A stretch of 64,000 nucleotides of DNA, from positions 24,177 through 88,176 of the forward strand of contig JAIBDD010000006.1 in assembly GCA_024679565.1 (NCBI GenBank), in the 5' to 3' direction. A model generated the notes under the pieces. It made no database searches. It had not been told where the DNA came from and saw nothing but the letters and a program-made list of their open reading frames with translations. Shown one piece after another: positions 20,186 to 29,093 of the stretch. The position numbers were made by a program, and so were the translations under genes. The DNA comes from Bacteroidota bacterium (lineage in GTDB: Bacteria; Bacteroidota; Bacteroidia; NS11-12g; UBA9320). How positions within the stretch are numbered: position 1 is the stretch's first letter; every line of letters begins with the position of its first letter.

Positions 20186-21106
20186 CTAAGTTAACCTAAA
20201 CCGCACTGGTAGGTTGTATTTCACGGCTACATTCTTTCCCGATTGAACTCCTGGTTTCCATTTTGGCATTCTTTTGATTACACGTATTACTTCTGCGTTG
20301 AAACTTGGAGCGCCCTTAACCGAGCGTACTATCTTGATATCTTCAATTACCCCATCTTTGGTAACAACAAATTGCGCGACAACGGTACCTTGAATATTTT
20401 GATCTTTTTCAAAGGCCGGGTATTGAATATTTTTACTAAGGAATTTCATTAGGGCATTTACGCCTCCAGGAAATTCAGGCATCTCCTCTGCAAATTGAAA
20501 AATTTGAGGTGGTGTAACTGTATCAGGCTTCATTTCCATGTTTCCATCAATTACTTCTTCTGGCTCTATAATGTCAATATCCCCTTCAACAACTTCTCCA
20601 GTCATAATTATTCCTGTAGGTGGAGGTGGTGGAGGAGCTACGCTAACTTTACGCTTTATAGGGTTTGCAACTGGAGATGATGTATCACGCTGAATCGTGT
20701 CCTTTACGTCTACAAGATCAGCAGCGTGTTGTGAGTCGGTTTGAACAATTGTGTCTTTAACTTGTGTTGTATCTATTTTCCCTGTTGTAGTACCTGTGTC
20801 GCAAGAGGTGAGTAATAAAGCGCCCATACATAAAATGTAAAAGGGCAAATTGGATCGTTTTTCTTTTGTAGTCATGCCGTCAATTACAAACATAATCTCG
20901 TTATAAGAAAAGTCAAGTTGAGACCTGCGTATATGCACACATACACGTTCGCCATTATGCATTAGCAAATAGGTGAGAATCTCTTCGCGTGATTGCTGAG
21001 TGAAGTCAATGACGTCTTTTGCACAAGAATCACAATGCCTGGCGTTTAAGCCAATTTTCATTTTGTTCCAATCTTCGGAACACGGGTTAGGAATGTCGAA
21101 TTTCAT
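20186..21106 (-). CDS. tonB: energy transducer TonB with an atypical N-terminal Cys/His-rich cytoplasmic segment
   Basis: 306 aa. Order of parts: N-terminal NPCSEDW...ARHCDSCAKD segment, one TM, a PPPPPP linker, then a C-terminal TonB_C domain (GTVVAQFVVTKDGVIEDIKIVRS...VAVKYNLPVRFRL). Confidence 0.8.
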   Translation of the reverse strand: MKFDIPNPCSEDWNKMKIGLNARHCDSCAKDVIDFTQQSREEILTYLLMHNGERVCVHIRRSQLDFSYNEIMFVIDGMTTKEKRSNLPFYILCMGALLLTSCDTGTTTGKIDTTQVKDTIVQTDSQHAADLVDVKDTIQRDTSSPVANPIKRKVSVAPPPPPPTGIIMTGEVVEGDIDIIEPEEVIDGNMEMKPDTVTPPQIFQFAEEMPEFPGGVNALMKFLSKNIQYPAFEKDQNIQGTVVAQFVVTKDGVIEDIKIVRSVKGAPSFNAEVIRVIKRMPKWKPGVQSGKNVAVKYNLPVRFRLT

Positions 21107-21168
21107 ATCAAATTAGGTTCTAATTTGATGTAGATACCACCCAAACGGAATAGGTAAACGCCAATCTC

Positions 21169-21510
21169 TTATTTTTTTGCAGCTTCTTTCACCCTACTTG
21201 CAGAATCACTCTTCGACAGGGTCAATCGTACAATACTTTCTTCGATAGCTAGCAAATTATGTCTTACGGAAGCGTCAACGGAAATGATGTCTCATGCATG
21301 CAGCATTACTTGTTCGGTTTCTATACCAAAATCTATTTGGCCTTGTATCACTTGAACCACTATGGGTAGGGGTGCGCTATGGTCTTTCATCAGCTGATTT
21401 TTAACGAAAGAAATGCGAATTTCTTTAGAAAATGGCGTTTCCATTATAATGTCGATTTTTGGTCTGTTACTGTCAAAGGTTACATCTGATAAAAATTGAC
21501 CTGTTTGCAT
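21169..21510 (-). pseudogene. cupin-2 domain gene interrupted by an in-frame TGA at 21292-21294 (pseudogene, point mutation or sequencing error)
   Basis: The track ORF 21292..21510 ends ...EQVMLHA*. The same frame continues DIISVDASVRHNLLAIEESIVRLTLS... to a TAA at 21171-21169. Restoring GGA (Gly) at the stop gives a complete ~113-aa cupin with the expected HAGD...P...H..N motif 2. Its ATG abuts the trHb stop. Confidence 0.6.
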
Positions 21511-21891
21511 TTAGCTGAACTTATTAAGGTGTTTTAGCTTGGTTTTAAAAATGTGCGCTATCGTATGCGCTCGGTGTTTGGCCATTTCCGCCTTTTCACC
21601 CGTAAACTGTTCGTCGATGTTTGTTTCAAACAACTGTATCCAGCGGTCGAAATGCTCAATACCAATGGGTAAAGGGATGTGCTTGGGGAACGGGCGACCT
21701 TGATATGTTGCGCTGCCGAATAAAATGGATTCCCAAAACTGATACATCTTTGGCATATGACTCTCCCAGTCTACTTTAGCGAAATCGTTAAAAACTGGCG
21801 ATAGCAAGTCATCTTGATTCACCCTTTGATAAAAGGAGTCAACCAGTAGCTTCACGTCTTCGCTATCGACTATTTCGCGTTTCATATCCAC
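21511..21891 (-). CDS. group III truncated hemoglobin (trHb)
   Basis: 126 aa; sequence LLVDSFYQRVNQDDLLSPVF...HMPKMYQFWESILFG...HRAHTIAHIF matches the truncated-globin group III pattern. Confidence 0.7.
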   Translation of the reverse strand: MDMKREIVDSEDVKLLVDSFYQRVNQDDLLSPVFNDFAKVDWESHMPKMYQFWESILFGSATYQGRPFPKHIPLPIGIEHFDRWIQLFETNIDEQFTGEKAEMAKHRAHTIAHIFKTKLKHLNKFS

Positions 21892-21968
21892 CGCAAATCT
21901 AACCCCTTACGCTTTGCAACGGTCGTAAGCAATAGGCAATACGTATGATATGCCTCAGGTAGGAATGA

Positions 21969-23078
21969 TTATTCTACCCAATCAGCTATGAACATGTTTG
22001 TATCATGTGTTCCATTGTTGTTTCGGTTGGAGGAAAAAACAATTTTCTTCCCGTCATAAGAGAACATTGGAAACGCATTAAAGTTACTTTGTGTAGTGAT
22101 TTGCTCTAAGCCAGTTCCATCTTCGTTAATCATGAACAATTGGAACTCGTAACCTCGTTCTGAGAAATGGTTACTGCTGAAAATAATTTTCTTACCGCTT
22201 GGGTGATAAAATGGAGCCCAGTTGGCTTTGCCAAGATGAGTGATCTGTTTCAGGTCAGATCCGTCTGCGTTGCAGGTGTAGATTTCCATATTTGTTGGAG
22301 CAACCAAGCCTCTTTCAAGATACCCTTTGTATGTCGCAATTTCTTCATCGGTTTGAGGTCTTGACGAACGGAAAACCAATTTTGATCCATCTGGAGAGAA
22401 AAATGCACCACCGTCGTAACCCAACTGATCAGTTATCTGCTTTACATTACTACCATCGATGTTCATGGTGTACAATTCTAAATCGCCAGAACGGGTTGAA
22501 GTGAATACTATTTTATCTCCTTTTGGAGATACAGTGGCCTCGGCATCATAACCTGGCTCATCTGTTAACTGCTCAGTGATGTTTCCTTCTAAATCCGCTA
22601 CAAATATGTCGTAGCCTTCATAGATAGACCATAAGTATGGGCCACCTTTTTCAGGTCTTACCTCAGGCGGGCATTGAGAATCTGCCAAATGTGTTGAGCC
22701 ATATAGAATGTGTCCGCCGTCTGGCATAAAGTATGAACATGTTGTTCGGCCGAACCCTGTACTTAACATTTTAGGTTTTACCGTATCTTTTTCTGCTGTA
22801 GCAATGTCGAAGGTGAAGATCTGATCACAATTAACACCCCACGCTTTGTTGTTGCTCTGAAATACCAATTTGCGGTTGTTGAAGCTAAAATAGGCTTCAG
22901 CGTTATCGCCTCCGTAAGTTAACTGGTGAAGGTTTAGTAAATGGGATTCACTAGAATCTGCAAGGTCAGGCTTTTGAGAAACCGTAGCCTCTTCCTTGGT
23001 CTCTTCAATAGTTGTTTGGCTGTTCTGGTTACAAGAAACAAGAACTAAAACACTAGCGACAATTGATAATAATTTCAT
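21969..23078 (-). CDS. PD40/TolB-like beta-propeller repeat lipoprotein
   Basis: 369 aa with a lipoprotein signal (MKLLSIVASVLVLVSC). Repeated SPDG(S/K)K(I/L)VF(T/S)S segments are typical of WD40-like PD40 blades. Confidence 0.75.
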   Translation of the reverse strand: MKLLSIVASVLVLVSCNQNSQTTIEETKEEATVSQKPDLADSSESHLLNLHQLTYGGDNAEAYFSFNNRKLVFQSNNKAWGVNCDQIFTFDIATAEKDTVKPKMLSTGFGRTTCSYFMPDGGHILYGSTHLADSQCPPEVRPEKGGPYLWSIYEGYDIFVADLEGNITEQLTDEPGYDAEATVSPKGDKIVFTSTRSGDLELYTMNIDGSNVKQITDQLGYDGGAFFSPDGSKLVFRSSRPQTDEEIATYKGYLERGLVAPTNMEIYTCNADGSDLKQITHLGKANWAPFYHPSGKKIIFSSNHFSERGYEFQLFMINEDGTGLEQITTQSNFNAFPMFSYDGKKIVFSSNRNNNGTHDTNMFIADWVE

Positions 23079-23117
23079 TGCTTAAATTTTCGGCAATATT
23101 AACCGCTATTGTTAAGA

Positions 23118-24122
23118 TTATAAACTTTTGAAGATAAATCCTATGTCGTTTTTTGTAGTTCGTTCTTTACGGAACTTTGTGAACTGAATGGCGTAGTAGT
23201 TTTTTTCTGAATCTCGGATAACAAATGTGTTCTTATCGGTACTCCTAAAGTTCTTATTACCTGAATTCCAGCGGTACCACTTCGTGCCAATAAAATCGAG
23301 CGAATCAGTGTATTGATAGGTTTGCGCGTTAAAAAAATTAAGCGCATCAAAGCTGTAATTAAACTGTCTTCCAACTTCCCGGTTATACGGGTTAATGAAA
23401 ATCCCATCGACTAGGGCAAATTCGTTTGTTACCGAAAAGAATAAGGAAGAGATATTGGGAGTTTTGTGTTTGATGTAAGATGTAATTAAAAAGTCCCAGT
23501 CGTCTTTAGGTGGTTCAAGTTGTAACACAGAGCTTGATTCAAAAGAGAGATAGACATTATTGAAACTATCATTTTTCTCTATGTAATAATGTCGCTCAAA
23601 CCTGCCTTCTAGGTCGCCAATTAATATGTCGTATCTGTTTTCTTCAAATCCTTCCACGCGCATCTTAACCACACCAGTTGGATTGCCACTGAAATCAAGG
23701 CCTAGGTGAATCAAATAAACATTACCGTAGCTCTGAGGGTTTTCAAAGCTAAAGTCACCCCATTCACCAATACAACTGTTGCCTTCCTGGCCATTCCATC
23801 GGTCGAAAATCCATGGATAATCCCCTTCTCGATAGGCCTGGTAAAAGTCTTTCGAATTGGTGTTAAAGCAACCCATGCCTCTTGAGGTATTGAGTAGAAT
23901 TTGGTAATCGTTTTCGGCACAGCTAAATGCAATATCCCAAGCTTCAGTGCTGTTTTGTTTAACAACCTTCTGGTCCTTTAGGCTGTAATATACTTGACCG
24001 TTCACCGGCTTATACGTGCTTATCTCTGTTTCAAAAGGGGGGAGCGGAAGAATAGGCTCTTCTTCGGTGAAACATCCGGCAAGGCTTAAGCCCAAGAGTA
24101 ATATGAGGGTGTAATACTTCAA
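23118..24122 (-). CDS. lipoprotein of unknown function, downstream partner of the TonB-dependent receptor (possibly HmuY-like ligand-binding protein)
   Basis: 334 aa with a lipoprotein signal (MKYYTLILLLGLSLAGC). Overlaps the TBDR stop by 4 nt. The TBDR-plus-small-lipoprotein arrangement is typical of Bacteroidota heme/metallophore uptake pairs. The family assignment is not secure. Confidence 0.4.
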   Translation of the reverse strand: MKYYTLILLLGLSLAGCFTEEEPILPLPPFETEISTYKPVNGQVYYSLKDQKVVKQNSTEAWDIAFSCAENDYQILLNTSRGMGCFNTNSKDFYQAYREGDYPWIFDRWNGQEGNSCIGEWGDFSFENPQSYGNVYLIHLGLDFSGNPTGVVKMRVEGFEENRYDILIGDLEGRFERHYYIEKNDSFNNVYLSFESSSVLQLEPPKDDWDFLITSYIKHKTPNISSLFFSVTNEFALVDGIFINPYNREVGRQFNYSFDALNFFNAQTYQYTDSLDFIGTKWYRWNSGNKNFRSTDKNTFVIRDSEKNYYAIQFTKFRKERTTKNDIGFIFKSL

Positions 24123-26101
24123 AACGATGTTATAATTGAAAACCAGATTCGACGTCCGTAATCAATTGAAATTGGGATTTTATTATTTATGTTTTCGTCA
24201 CTTATGCGATCTAGGGCAAGATAAGATCCACTGACGTTTAATGTGTTTGTTAGATTTTTTACCCCAATATGGGCAAAAATAGGCTTGTCGAATAATTGTT
24301 GACGTATAGAAAAGTCGACCAACCAAAAACCACCTTGTTTAAAATCTTCAAGTACGCCAAATGCATTTTCTCTCGTTTCAAGTCTTTGTCCTTGGTATTT
24401 GGAAATGAACCCAATGGCTGTCTTGGATTTTTTAATCCTATACATCGTTTTAAACATCAATTCCTGTGTAAAATAGTAGTTTCCAATTTCTTCTGGGAAT
24501 TGATTTATTCCGTTGTTGCTTGCAGAGAACTCTAGGTGTAAGTGGTCTCCCTTGTGTACGATATTGACGTTCTGCCCAATCAATTTGGAAGATTTCGTAT
24601 TAACGAATTGGTAAAGTTGTTTCTCTGGATCGATTTGCGCCAGTTGAATTCCATTAGTGCTATTTACCCAATATAGGTTGGTATAAAACAAAACGTCTTT
24701 TGACTTGATCCGTAAGGTTGTAGAAAGCCGATTGAAAACCTCAGATTGTAGATTTAAGTTACCCGTGATGTTCAAGTTGGGGTTTTCAAAAGTGTAAAAC
24801 ATTTCATTGAAGGTGGGTATGCGATAGCCCGTTGTGTATTGTGCAATGAAGTCTGCCGTTTCACTCATTTTGTATTTCAAACCGAGTTCGTAGATGGGTT
24901 TGGTTTGAAACTTATTGCTATTTGCATATCGCAGGCCAGCTTTCGCTTTCAGGTTTTCGTCCAGTTTGTAATCTATGCGTGCCAGCATGGCGAACTGCGT
25001 GATATTCGTTTTAACCGAACTCAAAATACTCCTTTCTTGGTCGCGCTGATGACTAAATTCAATACCAGCCTCATAATTCAACTTGTGTTTGTCTGATAAT
25101 TTAGAAATCTTGAAATGATTGTAAAACTCGTCGTATCTCAGTAAATCAAATGCCGAACGCTCTTGATCATCATAAACGTTAAGGTCACTTAAAATTTTGA
25201 CAGATTTGTCATTGTTTAAATTATAACGCGTAAAGGATTGACTTAGGTCGATGGAGTGGTATTTGCTAATATTCCCCCGAATGCCTGCATGGTAGATGGA
25301 TTGGTTGACGCGTTGGTCCACATCATAGGCGCGAAGGGTATTGGCCACGGGGTATCCGCGGTCTTGTGTTCTTGAAACAATATGGGTGGCAGAAAAGAAG
25401 GCATTCAAGTCGGTTAACATGCGGTAGTTGTAATTCAACTCATATTGCGTTCGAAGCCTAGGTTTCCACTGAGATACTCTAAAACTATCCGTTCCGCCCA
25501 CACCTGAAAAAAAGTACTGACCTATGCCAGCCCCAAAACCATGTCGACCCAAGTTTACGGTCCCTTTTGCGATGGCGTTTATATCTCCATTACTGGTGGA
25601 ATTCAGATTGGTTCGTACATGTACAAGCGCAGACGACAGTTTGTTTGTAATGATATTGACCGTAGCAAGCACGGCATTGGGGCCATAATACACCCCACTG
25701 GAGCCCGTAATTATTTCTATTCTATCCACTTCGGCCAATCCGATTTTCGACAAATCAAAATTGTCGATAGAAAGTTGACTTATTGGTAAACCGTTGAGTA
25801 AAAAGCGTACGTTTTTTTGACCTGTTCCTGCATAATTTAAGGTGTGACCTTCTTTGCCCGCATACACAGAGAAGTTGTTCAAACTATATTGAAGTACTTC
25901 GTTTACCGTTTGAAAATTGAATAGGTCAATTTCTTCAGCAGATATTATTTGGACATTTTCAAATGAGGACGTTCTTTCGATAACTCCAGTTTGGCCCGTT
26001 TCAATCAGTGAATTGATTGAGTCTGCCTGACCGAAGGTTTCGATAGGTTTTGCCATTACCAGAAAGGTTAATAAGGCGCAGAAAAGTCGATTGCTTAACA
26101 C
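24119..26101 (-). CDS. TonB-dependent outer-membrane receptor
   Basis: The track ORF runs to 26287 but overlaps the upstream permease. Starting at GTG 26101 gives the signal peptide MLSNRLFCALLTFLVMA. A TonB-box/plug region follows, then a ~600-aa barrel ending in the aromatic C-terminus ...WFSIITSF. Confidence 0.8.
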   Translation of the reverse strand: MLSNRLFCALLTFLVMAKPIETFGQADSINSLIETGQTGVIERTSSFENVQIISAEEIDLFNFQTVNEVLQYSLNNFSVYAGKEGHTLNYAGTGQKNVRFLLNGLPISQLSIDNFDLSKIGLAEVDRIEIITGSSGVYYGPNAVLATVNIITNKLSSALVHVRTNLNSTSNGDINAIAKGTVNLGRHGFGAGIGQYFFSGVGGTDSFRVSQWKPRLRTQYELNYNYRMLTDLNAFFSATHIVSRTQDRGYPVANTLRAYDVDQRVNQSIYHAGIRGNISKYHSIDLSQSFTRYNLNNDKSVKILSDLNVYDDQERSAFDLLRYDEFYNHFKISKLSDKHKLNYEAGIEFSHQRDQERSILSSVKTNITQFAMLARIDYKLDENLKAKAGLRYANSNKFQTKPIYELGLKYKMSETADFIAQYTTGYRIPTFNEMFYTFENPNLNITGNLNLQSEVFNRLSTTLRIKSKDVLFYTNLYWVNSTNGIQLAQIDPEKQLYQFVNTKSSKLIGQNVNIVHKGDHLHLEFSASNNGINQFPEEIGNYYFTQELMFKTMYRIKKSKTAIGFISKYQGQRLETRENAFGVLEDFKQGGFWLVDFSIRQQLFDKPIFAHIGVKNLTNTLNVSGSYLALDRISDENINNKIPISIDYGRRIWFSIITSF

Positions 26102-26148
26102 CGATGCAAAAGTACATTGTGTTTCTTCAAATTCTTGTCTTTTCAAGG

Positions 26149-27033
26149 TTAAACCTCTGTCAGCGCTTTGTTTTCTAAAGTCTCTGAAATGCGCGCTTTT
26201 TTGAGGAATTGAATGTAAATAAAGGCGATAGCAAACTGCAAACCGATTATGGTTGCAATCGCTCCAGCGATAGACCCGGCCAACCATACGGCGGTATAAT
26301 AACCTAGAATAGAGGCTGAAATTCCAAATCCAACGGCTAAATACAACATCTTTTTAAAGTCCTTTGTCAACAAAAAGGCAGTTGCCGCTGGCCCAGATAG
26401 AAACGCAATCACCAATACAGCTCCAACCGATTCAAAACTAACGACGGTGGTTAAGCTAACTCCGGCCATAAGGTAATATTGCCACAGTACCACGCTAATG
26501 CCCATGGCAGACGCAAAGGCAGGGTCAAATGTGGTAAGCACTAATTTTCTATAGGCAACGATTACACTTGTTGAAATTATAATTAAGGTTGTTCCTAAAA
26601 TCCATACTTGTCTTGGTCCGGCATACAAGCCACCAATCGATAGATTGTCGAGCGGCACATAGGCAATTTCTCCGTACAACACGCAGTCTTGGTCAAGGTC
26701 TACATTTCCACTAAAAAGTGAAATCAATATGATACCAATGGCAAATAAGAAAGTGTATGAAATACCGATGCTGGCGTCTTGTTGCAGTTTTACTTTTTGA
26801 TGGAAAAATTGAATCAAGTACGTAACAACCATTCCACTGGCAGCGGCTCCAATCAGTATTGGGAAAGAAGCTCTACTGTGAGAGATATAATATGCAATAA
26901 CGATTCCTGGTAAAACGGCATGAGATATGGCATCACCAATCATGGCCATTTTTCGCATGATTAAAAAGCACCCAAGAATGGCTGTGGTAGTTGCCACCAA
27001 AGAAGCGGTCAATATGATCCAAAAGTCAATCAT
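26149..27033 (-). CDS. metal ABC transporter permease (ABC-3 / ZnuB-MntB family)
   Basis: 294 aa, 8-9 TM, with typical ABC-3 family conserved loops (LTASLVATTTAILG, DAISHAVLPG). Confidence 0.85.
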   Translation of the reverse strand: MIDFWIILTASLVATTTAILGCFLIMRKMAMIGDAISHAVLPGIVIAYYISHSRASFPILIGAAASGMVVTYLIQFFHQKVKLQQDASIGISYTFLFAIGIILISLFSGNVDLDQDCVLYGEIAYVPLDNLSIGGLYAGPRQVWILGTTLIIISTSVIVAYRKLVLTTFDPAFASAMGISVVLWQYYLMAGVSLTTVVSFESVGAVLVIAFLSGPAATAFLLTKDFKKMLYLAVGFGISASILGYYTAVWLAGSIAGAIATIIGLQFAIAFIYIQFLKKARISETLENKALTEV

Positions 27034-28322
27034 TAATAAGGGATGTCGCTATCATGTGGATCCTTAGTTGGGAAGTCCAACTCTTTTTCAAGTTCTCTTT
27101 CAATCTCAGGTGTGATTACGTGTTCGATACCTTCTGCATCGTCATGGACGTGGTCGGGTTGTAGGTGCATAAACCTAGAGATATATAATTCCCACAGCCT
27201 GTGTTTTCGAACAATCGTCTTTGCTTCTTCGATACCAAGGTTTGTAGTTGTGAAAATGTCATTACTCACCGTAATTAGTTTATCTGACTTGAGCAAGTTT
27301 AAACCCTTTTTTAAGGTTGCGCGCTGCATTTTACTTTTAGCAAAAATGTCTTCAAAATTATAGCGCGTTTCGCCGAGTGTTGTTGGGTTAAAAAACAGTT
27401 TAATTGTGTTTTCACGCAAAATCTTAGTGTTGTTCTTATTGCGCTGCAAGTGTTTTTTTAGCAGACCATTCTTACTTCCGATAAAGGCACTAATAAAGGC
27501 AAATAGTGAAACAACAACAACAATCCATGGTCCGGTAGGCATGCCGTTATAGGTATACGAAATGGCTGACCCAAGCACCCCAGAAGCGCCACTTATAACT
27601 ACTGCAAGTATGGCCATCGGAATAATTTTATTGGTCCAAAACTTAGCACAGGCTGCCGGTGTAATGAGTAGGGCCGACATCAACACAACCCCAACTGCTT
27701 GCACACCCATAGCAACTGTAGTTACTGTGGTAATTGATAAAACAAGTTTTAATAATTCATTAGGGAAGCCAATCGATTGGCTGTAGTTTTCGTCAAAGGA
27801 TAGCAGCGATAACCCCCTGAAAAATATAACAATCAAGATGACGATGATCGTTCCAACGATACTAAATAACCAGACATCACTCATGTTCATGGCAGATGCT
27901 CGCCCAAAAATGAATTGGTCTAATCCACTTTGAGACGCGTTTCCCGAATGTTGTATATGGGTTAATAACAACACGCCAACACCGAAAAATACACTTAGAA
28001 TTAATGCTATTGCGGTATCGTTTTTAATTTTTGAATGTTTTGTAATATAGTCAACCAGGTAGGTCGAAATCCAACCTGTAATTGTTGCCCCGATAATGAG
28101 GTACAATGGGTTTTTTTGTTGTCCGATGATAAATGCCAGCGCAATTCCAGGAAGCACTGCATGAGAGATTACATCACCGATAAGAGATCTTTTTCGCAGC
28201 AGAGTAAACGTACCAACCAATCCTGAAATTGAGCAAAGGATTAAGCTCCCCCAAAAAACAACCTTTACGTTAGGCTCGGAAAAGGTGAAAAAGGACAATA
28301 TTTCGGTAAAAAACTCCATCAC
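27033..28322 (-). CDS. metal ABC transporter permease fused to a C-terminal DtxR/MntR-family metalloregulator (HTH plus dimerisation/metal-binding domain)
   Basis: 429 aa. The N-terminal ~290 aa is an ABC-3 permease (DVISHAVLPG). The C-terminus carries a DtxR-type winged HTH (IFAKSKMQRATLKKGLNLLKSDKLITV) and the metal-binding domain VRKHRLWELYISRFMH...HDDAEGIEHV. Confidence 0.8.
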   Translation of the reverse strand: MMEFFTEILSFFTFSEPNVKVVFWGSLILCSISGLVGTFTLLRKRSLIGDVISHAVLPGIALAFIIGQQKNPLYLIIGATITGWISTYLVDYITKHSKIKNDTAIALILSVFFGVGVLLLTHIQHSGNASQSGLDQFIFGRASAMNMSDVWLFSIVGTIIVILIVIFFRGLSLLSFDENYSQSIGFPNELLKLVLSITTVTTVAMGVQAVGVVLMSALLITPAACAKFWTNKIIPMAILAVVISGASGVLGSAISYTYNGMPTGPWIVVVVSLFAFISAFIGSKNGLLKKHLQRNKNNTKILRENTIKLFFNPTTLGETRYNFEDIFAKSKMQRATLKKGLNLLKSDKLITVSNDIFTTTNLGIEEAKTIVRKHRLWELYISRFMHLQPDHVHDDAEGIEHVITPEIERELEKELDFPTKDPHDSDIPY

Positions 28323-29092
28323 TTATGACGCATTGGGAAGTCTTTTTCTTGCAGCACACTGGCTACCTTAGATAATGTTGTTAGTGTACCGCCATAGGTT
28401 TCGGTAAGGATATCTTTAGTAAACACTTCTGACGTAGGACCTTCGGCCACAAGCCTTGAATTAAGCAATACCATATGCTCAAAGTAGTCTTGAGCTGTAT
28501 GCAAATCGTGGTGTACCACTAAAAGTGTTTTGCCTTCGTCGCGCATCGATTTCAATAAATTTATAATGGCTTGCTCTGTTGCGGCATCAACACCTACAAA
28601 TGGCTCGTCCATTAAATATAAATCGGCGTTTTGTGCCAAAGCGCGCGCCAAAAAAACACGTTGTTGTTGGCCGCCACTCAGTTGTGAAATCTGTCTGTTT
28701 GTGAAAGGGGTCATGTTGACCTTGTTCAAACTTTCTTCAATCATACGATGGTCTTCCTTCGACAGTCGTTTGAAAAGCCCTTTTGTCGCATAGCGGCCCA
28801 TGGCTACTACGTCCCAAACACTTGCCGGGAAGTCCCAGTCAACCGATTGTCTTTGAGGGACATAAGATACTTTGTTGCGCACGTCTTCAAGATCTTGGTC
28901 GAACAACTTACTGTAGCCAATATTTGGTTCGATAATGCCCATTATTGCTTTTAGGAGCGTGGATTTGCCCGACCCATTAGGTCCCATAATGCCAATAATT
29001 TTACCCGTTGGCAATGTGAAATCAATGTTCCAAATGGCTGGTTTCTTATCGTAAATAACCGTTAGGTTATGTGTTTCTACAGAGGGCTTCAT
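28319..29092 (-). CDS. metal ABC transporter ATP-binding protein (ZnuC/MntA type)
   Basis: 257 aa with Walker A GPNGSGKST, signature LSGGQQQR and Walker B LYLMDEP. Confidence 0.9.
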   Translation of the reverse strand: MKPSVETHNLTVIYDKKPAIWNIDFTLPTGKIIGIMGPNGSGKSTLLKAIMGIIEPNIGYSKLFDQDLEDVRNKVSYVPQRQSVDWDFPASVWDVVAMGRYATKGLFKRLSKEDHRMIEESLNKVNMTPFTNRQISQLSGGQQQRVFLARALAQNADLYLMDEPFVGVDAATEQAIINLLKSMRDEGKTLLVVHHDLHTAQDYFEHMVLLNSRLVAEGPTSEVFTKDILTETYGGTLTTLSKVASVLQEKDFPMRHK

Positions 29093-29093
29093 C

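Noticed and set aside
21292-21294. Possibility that TGA is recoded as Gly (genetic code 25, as in SR1/Gracilibacteria) rather than the cupin being broken.
   Set aside because: TGA clearly terminates other well-defined genes here (for example the kynA stop at 55113-55115), and the taxon looks like ordinary Bacteroidota. A point mutation or sequencing error is far more likely.
26102-26287. Track start of the TonB-dependent receptor at 26287, overlapping the ABC permease gene by 139 nt.
   Set aside because: That N-terminal extension has no signal peptide and overlaps the upstream gene. GTG 26101 (or TTG 26146) gives a proper signal peptide directly after the permease stop.
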